Of a DNA stretch of 21,449 bases, positions 15,870 to 21,449 are shown one piece after another. Origin of the DNA: Verrucomicrobiota bacterium (GTDB lineage: Bacteria > Verrucomicrobiota > Verrucomicrobiia > Chthoniobacterales > UBA6821); assembly GCA_008932965.1 (NCBI GenBank), contig WBXG01000028.1:1-21449 (forward strand), read 5' to 3'. The notes beneath the pieces were generated by a model. That model searched no databases and was not told the origin of the DNA. It saw only the letters and a program-made list of their open reading frames with translations. The stretch's first letter is position 1; each line of letters opens with the position of its first letter. The translations under genes and the position numbers were made by a program.

Positions 15870-16048
15870 CCCGGATATTTCATACTGATCGTGATGAGGA
15901 GGCCGCGAAGGCTGATGGGGCAAGGCGAGCGATGAAGTCTGACGACTGCTGTGTGTATACACACTGCCCGAGGAAGACTTCGAGATCAACGCAGTAATGA
16001 TGAGCTTTCCACAAGCCGTAATAGATTTAGTGTGAAATATCCGGGCTA
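15867..16048 (+). mobile_element. 182-bp MITE-like element (D-type, best-preserved copy) between the convergent glnK and nitroreductase genes
   Basis: TIRs TA+GCCCGGATATTTCATACT (15867-15886) and AGTGTGAAATATCCGGGC+TA (16029-16048) match at 17/18, with TA on both flanks. A central perfect 14-bp palindrome GTGTGTATACACAC (15951-15964) is nested inside GAAGTCT/AGACTTC (15934-15940 / 15975-15981). Confidence 0.85.
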
Positions 16049-16084
16049 GCTCAGCTACTGGGGAGATCGATACAACCGAAAAGG

Positions 16085-16693
16085 TTACTTGTTACTAAAT
16101 CGATCGATGATCACTGCCTCGTTGTAGGAGATCTGTCCTGGCTTAGGCCAGGCCTCCTTTGTTTTTTTTCCAACAGCAATCATAAAGCTAATAAGATGAT
16201 CCTCGGGAAGATCAATTATTTTCCCCACAGCTTCATAATCGAACCCATCCATAGGACAGGAATCAAGCCCCATAGCCTGAGCAGCAAGCATGATGGTTTG
16301 TCCAGCCAAACCACAGGAGCGCATTGCTTCATCACGAATCACTTGAGGTTTACCTTGGTAATAACTCATGACTGCAGGAATAATAAAATCTTGTACTGCT
16401 TGAGGGGCATTTTTCCAATAGCGTTGGGGCTCCTTCCACGAAGAGAGGTCTGCACAGAGCACGATCAACAAGGAGGCATCGGTCATTTGAGCTTGATCCC
16501 AAGCGGCTGCTCTTATTTGTTGGCGTATTTTTGAATCACGCACGAGCACAAAACGCCAATTTTGAATATTGAAGGCTGTCGGCGATTCCATAGCGAGGGA
16601 GAGTAATTTCGTAATTTCTTCCTCTGACATTTGATAATTGGGATCATACTGTTTAATAGCACGACGACTCAGGATAGCTTCAAAAGTATTCAT
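16085..16693 (-). CDS. Nitroreductase-family FMN oxidoreductase
   Basis: RRAIKQYD N-terminal motif, SPTAFNIQNWRFVLV, and the typical 202-aa size with C-terminal GFD...IAVGK. Confidence 0.8.
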   Translation of the reverse strand: MNTFEAILSRRAIKQYDPNYQMSEEEITKLLSLAMESPTAFNIQNWRFVLVRDSKIRQQIRAAAWDQAQMTDASLLIVLCADLSSWKEPQRYWKNAPQAVQDFIIPAVMSYYQGKPQVIRDEAMRSCGLAGQTIMLAAQAMGLDSCPMDGFDYEAVGKIIDLPEDHLISFMIAVGKKTKEAWPKPGQISYNEAVIIDRFSNK

Positions 16694-16809
16694 AGTGGTT
16701 TTTTTAAATGATTTTTTTTACCCTTTTCCAACTGTTTTGAAATAACATACGGAACCTTAAAGCATTCATCTTTAGCCTTCTGTCTACCAACCCGTCAACT
16801 CAAACATTC

Positions 16810-19800
16810 ATGATGCTACAACAGATTCTGGAAAAAGGATTGCGATTTCTTTCTCGGACTCAATATTCCTTGAATCGAGGTTGGAGACGCTTGCAAAGGA
16901 AGCCTCGCACAGTGACTGAAGCTCCTAATCTTTTACCAACACTCATTAAAGTACTAGCTGCCTTTACTCGCGTTGATGGAGAGATGCTTGAAGAAGAGAT
17001 CGATTCCATCCTTGGGTTTTTGCGTTATGACTATCCCGAAATTGTTTACTCCGAGCTGCGCCAACTTTTTCGTCAAGCACTCGAAGAACAGCAAGACCTC
17101 TCTGAAATCGCCACCAAGCTTTCTAATAATCTAGATAATAATCGCAAAATTCTTCTTGGTGTTCAGCTCTACGATCTCATCTTTCGATCTGGAATGAAGG
17201 AGGATCAGGTGGCTGCTTATTATGATTTTATGGCCAAGCTGGGAATGGCAGATCAGGCCATTGATATTGTTTATCAGCTCAATGCCAATGAAGAGATAGA
17301 TCCCGCTCCCAATTTTCATCATTCCTCTCAACTTGAAAAGCTCAGTTTTGGCCATCCCAGCTATCATGATGTTGGGCTTCGAGATCTTCCTGAAAAAGAA
17401 TTTCTCTTAGCCTACCGTTTTCACGATTTTATTATTCTCAAAAACAAAACAGAACGGGCCATCATCGTTCAAGGAAGGCTTCTCAAGCCACTGGAATTTT
17501 GTCGTATCTATCCTGGACAGCGCATTCTCATTGGTGAACAGGTGATCACAAGCCAGGATCTTATCTTTTATTTTAATGCGAAAAAAAATGTCTCCCTGCC
17601 ACATCTCTTCGTTGCTATTGGCAAAAAAGAGGTTCGACTCGATAAAGTGCGAAATCGAGACAGCAGCCTTGAGGTCGCTTTTGGCCTTAAAGTAGACGTT
17701 ACTGCACTACAAAATCTCCAAGCAACCTTGGATGGTATTACACTTAAAAAAGGGATTCACCTTCAAGCTCAGCTTGATGATCGCATTCTCTTCACCAATG
17801 GAGGAGAGCTCAATTTAAACGATCTTAAGAGACATGTACGCTCATTTGGAGGACGTTTCCCACTCAAAGCATCGAAGTCGGAGTACCTTGTTTCCAATAA
17901 TCCAGGGCTTTTAGAAGAAAATGACATTCTCCTCTCTCATGGAAGTGGGGGGGAAGTTCTTCTTAAAATTTCCTGCAACTATCCGGAAAAGACAGGATAT
18001 ATTCAAGTTCTTCAAGCTGATCGCCCGATCATTGTGCATGAACTTCCTGTTAGAAATGGGGCACCTCTTCTCGATGGCGACACCATTGGAATTAATCCTG
18101 GCCAAGTCCTACGTTGCAACTTCACCGATCGAATTATTGAAGAAGAGCGTAATATTATTCATCGCCTGGAAGTCAAGGATGTCCTTTGCCGATTTCCTAA
18201 TGGTCATGTCGCTTTAGATAATTTGAATTTCTCGGTCGAACGTGGAGAAATGATTTGCGTTATGGGAGCTAGCGGTTCGGGCAAAAGCACCCTGTTACGA
18301 GCACTAGCAGGGGATTTTCGACCCGTCCAAGGAGAGGTGCGTTTTAATGATTACTCCCTCTACGCCCAATATGAAACATTGCGCCAATACATCACCTACA
18401 TTCCCCAATATGAGGCTTTTGATGAACAACTCACCATTGAAGAAAACCTCTCCTTTGCAGCAGCCTTACGTGCTCCCCACTTATCAAGAAAAGAGCGAGC
18501 CCGCCGCATTGATAGCAAATTAGCAGAGTTGGGACTCAATGAACGTCGTAAGAATGTCGTAGGAGATACCCATCAAAAAATCTTAAGTGGAGGGGAGCGA
18601 AAACGTCTCAACATCGGACTTGATATGATTAGCACTGCTGATGTCTACCTTTTTGATGAACCAACCTCCGGACTCTCCTCCAAAGACTCGGAGCACGTTA
18701 TTGAAATCATTCGGGGCATTGCTCATAACAAAATTGTTTTAGTCACCATTCACCAACCGACTTCGAAACTCTTTCAAATGTTTCAAAAAGCACTGCTCCT
18801 GGATCGTGGTGGTAAGTTAGTTTTTTTTGGAACTCCCTCCGAAATGCTTGCCTACTTTGCCGAAGCAGAGCATGAACAGCTTTTTGGAACAGAACTTGGA
18901 GGGTGCAAAGCATGCGGCTCCACACGACCTGAATTTGTCTTTGATGTTCTAGAGACACCATTGCGGGATCTAAGTGGCGATCTCATTTATCAGGAAAACA
19001 ATCGAGGACAGTTGGTCCCAGCACGTCGCTTTTCACCTGATTATTGGAGAGATAAATTTGAGACACATCGATTGATGAAAGAGGTGCAACATTCCTTAGG
19101 ATCTGCAAAACCCCTCTCCACAACCTTAGATGCTCATCCTGCACCCATCCTGATGCCTCAATGGGAGCCGCAACGGTGGCGTGACGAAGTAGCACAACTC
19201 TTTATTTTACTTCAACGATCTTTTATTAGCAAATTACGCAACCGAGCTAATCTTCTCACCACCTTAGTAGAGGCTCCTCTCTTGGCTTTTCTCATTGGAG
19301 TCGTTCTCCGATATTCGGAGAGCAGCAGCTATGATTTTGCATCGGCATTTCATATCCCAACCTACTTTTTCCTTTCACTCGTTGTTGCTATGTTCTTAGG
19401 ACTGACCAATAGTGTGGATGATATTATTCATGACCGACCTGTCCTCTTGCGCGAGCGAAATCTTAATGTACGACTCGGTTATTATGTACTAGCAAAGGGG
19501 ATCACCTTGGGGGTCTTTGCCATTGCGCAGTGCGCCTTATTTGCACTCATTGGTAATAAGATGCTCGGCATTCGTGGTTTTTTTAAAATAGAGTTTGTTG
19601 CATTGTTCTTAACAGCCTTGAGTGGCATTTCACTAGGTCTTCTCATTTCCTCGCTTGCCTCTGAGGGAAAAACCGCAGTAAACATCATTCCCATTGTTCT
19701 CATTCCCCAGATTATTCTTGGGGGTGCTTTGATTAAATATGAGGAAATGAATCGTAATCTCGATTTTATTTATTCTATTCAACAGTGGTTCAATCATCAT

Positions 19801-20391
19801 CCCGACTCAGCAATGGAGCCACGCAGTGACTTGCAGGTTCCTTTCATCTGTGAATTCATGCCGATGCGTTGGTCCTATGAAGCTTTAATTTATGCACAAG
19901 CAAAACTCAATCCCCTAGCAATCCGTCAATCGAGAATTCAAAATCAAATAAATCGAATTTCAGCGATGAGCAATCCAACGGAGAGGGAGTTAGATCGCCT
20001 TGAAGATCTCAAGGAACTCCTTGCTATCCTCAGTGGATTGAGTGGAAAAACAGCAGCAGAAGTCGATTATCGTCTCTCTCTCATTGATAAAGTGATTCAA
20101 GGAGCCCCATTCAATCGCAAAAAACTCGTGAGTCGTCATACAGGTATCAATGTGGAGCAGCTCTATACCAACCAAAAAATGGTCGACCTTGTTTCCAAAG
20201 CTGAAATGGAACAAGCAGATTACCGAGAAAGTCGTCATCCCAATGTTTTCTTTGGACCTATTAAATATTATCTTGGATTAACAATAGATATTCTCACATT
20301 CAATATCGGCGTGCTCCTCATCTCCACCTTCTCTGCTTTTTTAGCACTTTACTTCATTTTGAAACGTCAAATAAAAATGGGAAAGCATTAG
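16810..20391 (+). CDS. Multidomain ABCG/ABC-2-type half-transporter: N-terminal TerB-like helical domain, three FHA-like modules, an ABC ATPase, and an ABC-2 membrane domain with a greatly expanded loop before the last TM
   Basis: TerB-like LIKVLAAFTRVDGEMLEEEIDSILGFL. FHA-like C-terminal strands (RIYPGQRILIGEQVI; VRNGAPLLDGDTIGINPGQVLRCNF). Walker A GASGSGKST, signature LSGGERKRL, Walker B VYLFDEPTSGLS and H-loop VTIHQP. ABC-2 TM block from about residue 800, then about 270 aa containing coiled-coil-like sequence before the final TM FNIGVLLISTFSAFLALYFIL. Confidence 0.8.
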   Translation: MMLQQILEKGLRFLSRTQYSLNRGWRRLQRKPRTVTEAPNLLPTLIKVLAAFTRVDGEMLEEEIDSILGFLRYDYPEIVYSELRQLFRQALEEQQDLSEIATKLSNNLDNNRKILLGVQLYDLIFRSGMKEDQVAAYYDFMAKLGMADQAIDIVYQLNANEEIDPAPNFHHSSQLEKLSFGHPSYHDVGLRDLPEKEFLLAYRFHDFIILKNKTERAIIVQGRLLKPLEFCRIYPGQRILIGEQVITSQDLIFYFNAKKNVSLPHLFVAIGKKEVRLDKVRNRDSSLEVAFGLKVDVTALQNLQATLDGITLKKGIHLQAQLDDRILFTNGGELNLNDLKRHVRSFGGRFPLKASKSEYLVSNNPGLLEENDILLSHGSGGEVLLKISCNYPEKTGYIQVLQADRPIIVHELPVRNGAPLLDGDTIGINPGQVLRCNFTDRIIEEERNIIHRLEVKDVLCRFPNGHVALDNLNFSVERGEMICVMGASGSGKSTLLRALAGDFRPVQGEVRFNDYSLYAQYETLRQYITYIPQYEAFDEQLTIEENLSFAAALRAPHLSRKERARRIDSKLAELGLNERRKNVVGDTHQKILSGGERKRLNIGLDMISTADVYLFDEPTSGLSSKDSEHVIEIIRGIAHNKIVLVTIHQPTSKLFQMFQKALLLDRGGKLVFFGTPSEMLAYFAEAEHEQLFGTELGGCKACGSTRPEFVFDVLETPLRDLSGDLIYQENNRGQLVPARRFSPDYWRDKFETHRLMKEVQHSLGSAKPLSTTLDAHPAPILMPQWEPQRWRDEVAQLFILLQRSFISKLRNRANLLTTLVEAPLLAFLIGVVLRYSESSSYDFASAFHIPTYFFLSLVVAMFLGLTNSVDDIIHDRPVLLRERNLNVRLGYYVLAKGITLGVFAIAQCALFALIGNKMLGIRGFFKIEFVALFLTALSGISLGLLISSLASEGKTAVNIIPIVLIPQIILGGALIKYEEMNRNLDFIYSIQQWFNHHPDSAMEPRSDLQVPFICEFMPMRWSYEALIYAQAKLNPLAIRQSRIQNQINRISAMSNPTERELDRLEDLKELLAILSGLSGKTAAEVDYRLSLIDKVIQGAPFNRKKLVSRHTGINVEQLYTNQKMVDLVSKAEMEQADYRESRHPNVFFGPIKYYLGLTIDILTFNIGVLLISTFSAFLALYFILKRQIKMGKH

Positions 20392-20408
20392 CCCGCATAT
20401 TTCAAATT
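20389..20408 (+). repeat. Solo MITE left-TIR copy (TA+GCCCGCATATTTCAAATT) in the 30-nt gap between the ABC transporter and the MBL gene
   Basis: 15 of 18 TIR positions match the consensus. The TA plus the first G of the TIR form the TAG stop codon of the ABC transporter gene (20389-20391). Confidence 0.6.
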
Positions 20409-20421
20409 ACCAATAGCGACA

Positions 20422-21237
20422 ATGATATCCTTCGAAGACAACTGGCTTGATATTATCCTCAAAGCAATACGAGGATTGAATTTGGATCCCATTACCTTGT
20501 CCCAGAGGAGTGGAATCCCCCAAGCAAAAATCACCTCCCTCTTAGCAGGGCTGCGTAATGATGCAACACTCGTTGCCATTGCTCCAACCTTGGGACTTCA
20601 TCCCCGCGAACTTGTCATGGTTGCAGCTGAGACCTCTCATCTTCTGGTTCCCACCTTACCAATCCATGTTCACTGCTTCACAACCCTCTACCATGGCATG
20701 GAGGTTCACTCGTATCTCCTCTGGAGTCAGATGAATCACCATGCTGTTGCCTTTGATACAGGAGCCGATCTAACCCCCCTCCTAGAAAAACTGGATCAGA
20801 ATCATCTCTCTTTAGAAGCGATTTTTTTAACTCACTCCCATGCAGATCATATCTTTAAACTCGCTGAGCTTCAAAAAAAACTAAAGATTCCTGCTTGGAT
20901 CGATCCTGCAGAGCTTATTGAGGGGACACAACCCCTCACCACCGATTTTTCCTATCAGCTTGATTCAAGAGTCTCGATAAAGGCACTCTCTACTCCTGGA
21001 CATTCTCCAGGAGGTACAACCTACCTCATTGGGGGACTCTCCCGACCGATAGCTATCGTGGGAGATGCCATTTTTGCTCGTTCTGTGGGAGGAATGCCCA
21101 CTGCCTCTTATGCCGCTGGCCTCAAAAGTATTTGCAATAAGATTCTCATGCTTTCCCCTGCAACCCTCCTAGCCCCAGGCCATGGCCCTCTCACAACCGT
21201 CGAAGAAGAACGTATGAAGAATCCTTTCTTTGCATAG
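20422..21237 (+). CDS. Metallo-beta-lactamase-fold hydrolase (glyoxalase II-like) with an N-terminal HTH-like extension of about 70 aa
   Basis: MBL motifs THSHADH, TPGHSPGG, VGDAIF and PGHGP. The N-terminal segment LSQRSGIPQAKITSLLAG resembles an XRE-type helix-turn-helix. Confidence 0.75.
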   Translation: MISFEDNWLDIILKAIRGLNLDPITLSQRSGIPQAKITSLLAGLRNDATLVAIAPTLGLHPRELVMVAAETSHLLVPTLPIHVHCFTTLYHGMEVHSYLLWSQMNHHAVAFDTGADLTPLLEKLDQNHLSLEAIFLTHSHADHIFKLAELQKKLKIPAWIDPAELIEGTQPLTTDFSYQLDSRVSIKALSTPGHSPGGTTYLIGGLSRPIAIVGDAIFARSVGGMPTASYAAGLKSICNKILMLSPATLLAPGHGPLTTVEEERMKNPFFA

Positions 21238-21239
21238 TC

Positions 21240-21449
21240 TAGCCCGCATATTTCATACTGGTTCGTCGCGAGGCGCCGCGAATCCTGATGCAGACACCAC
21301 CGGCGGTCGGAAGACCGCGGGGGAGACTGCCCTGGCTTTAACCCGGATATTTCATACTGATCGTGACGAGGAGGCCGCGAAGGCTGATGGGGTAAGGCAG
21401 GCGAGTATTTTGATGCAGGGCTGTATGTGTACATACTGCCCAAATCAAA
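21240..21449 (+). mobile_element. Second copy of the composite MITE unit (module 1 at 21240-21340, followed by a D-type element from 21339), truncated by the window end
   Basis: TA+GCCCGCATATTTCATACT at 21240. Module 1 aligns along its whole length with 13766-13866. TA+ACCCGGATATTTCATACTGATCGTGACGAGGAGGCCGCGAAGGCTGATGGGG at 21339- differs at about 3 positions from the first 55 nt or so of the 15867 element. Confidence 0.8.

Overview
A 21.4-kb chromosomal window from a moderately low-GC Gram-negative-type bacterium. By eye GC is in the low-to-mid 40s %. The protein set loosely suggests a PVC/Verrucomicrobia-like lineage, but I cannot verify that. Most of the window is housekeeping: miaB (5' truncated), a TonB-like/ExbB/ExbD module, def with a dodecin, a minus-strand sixA-GT4 glycogen-synthase-like-obg operon, fabG, a PP2C phosphatase preceded by a 133-aa kinase-like ORF, type II glutamine synthetase, a class A PBP, tRNA-Leu(CAA), amtB-glnK, a nitroreductase, a 1193-aa TerB-like/FHA-like/ABCG-type transporter fusion, and an HTH-like/metallo-beta-lactamase-fold fusion.

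The main signal not explained by genes is a family of about 180-bp MITE-like intergenic elements, with a composite form of about 271 bp. Their roughly 20-bp terminal inverted repeats have the core GCCCGSATATTTCAYACT and are nearly always preceded by TA. At least six full or composite copies and several solo ends occupy almost every larger intergenic gap. Several share their flanking TA with a gene's stop codon. Copies also sit in the 5' regions of both nitrogen-assimilation units (glnII and amtB-glnK).

Other points worth follow-up: the PBP1A homologue has an intact glycosyltransferase domain, but its transpeptidase SxxK and SxN motifs are mutated. The mini-kinase/PP2C pair may relate to the FHA-bearing ABC transporter (an Rv1747-like architecture). 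A GTAATGA heptamer array lies upstream of sixA. I found no CRISPR array, transposase, integrase, reverse transcriptase or recognisable defence genes.
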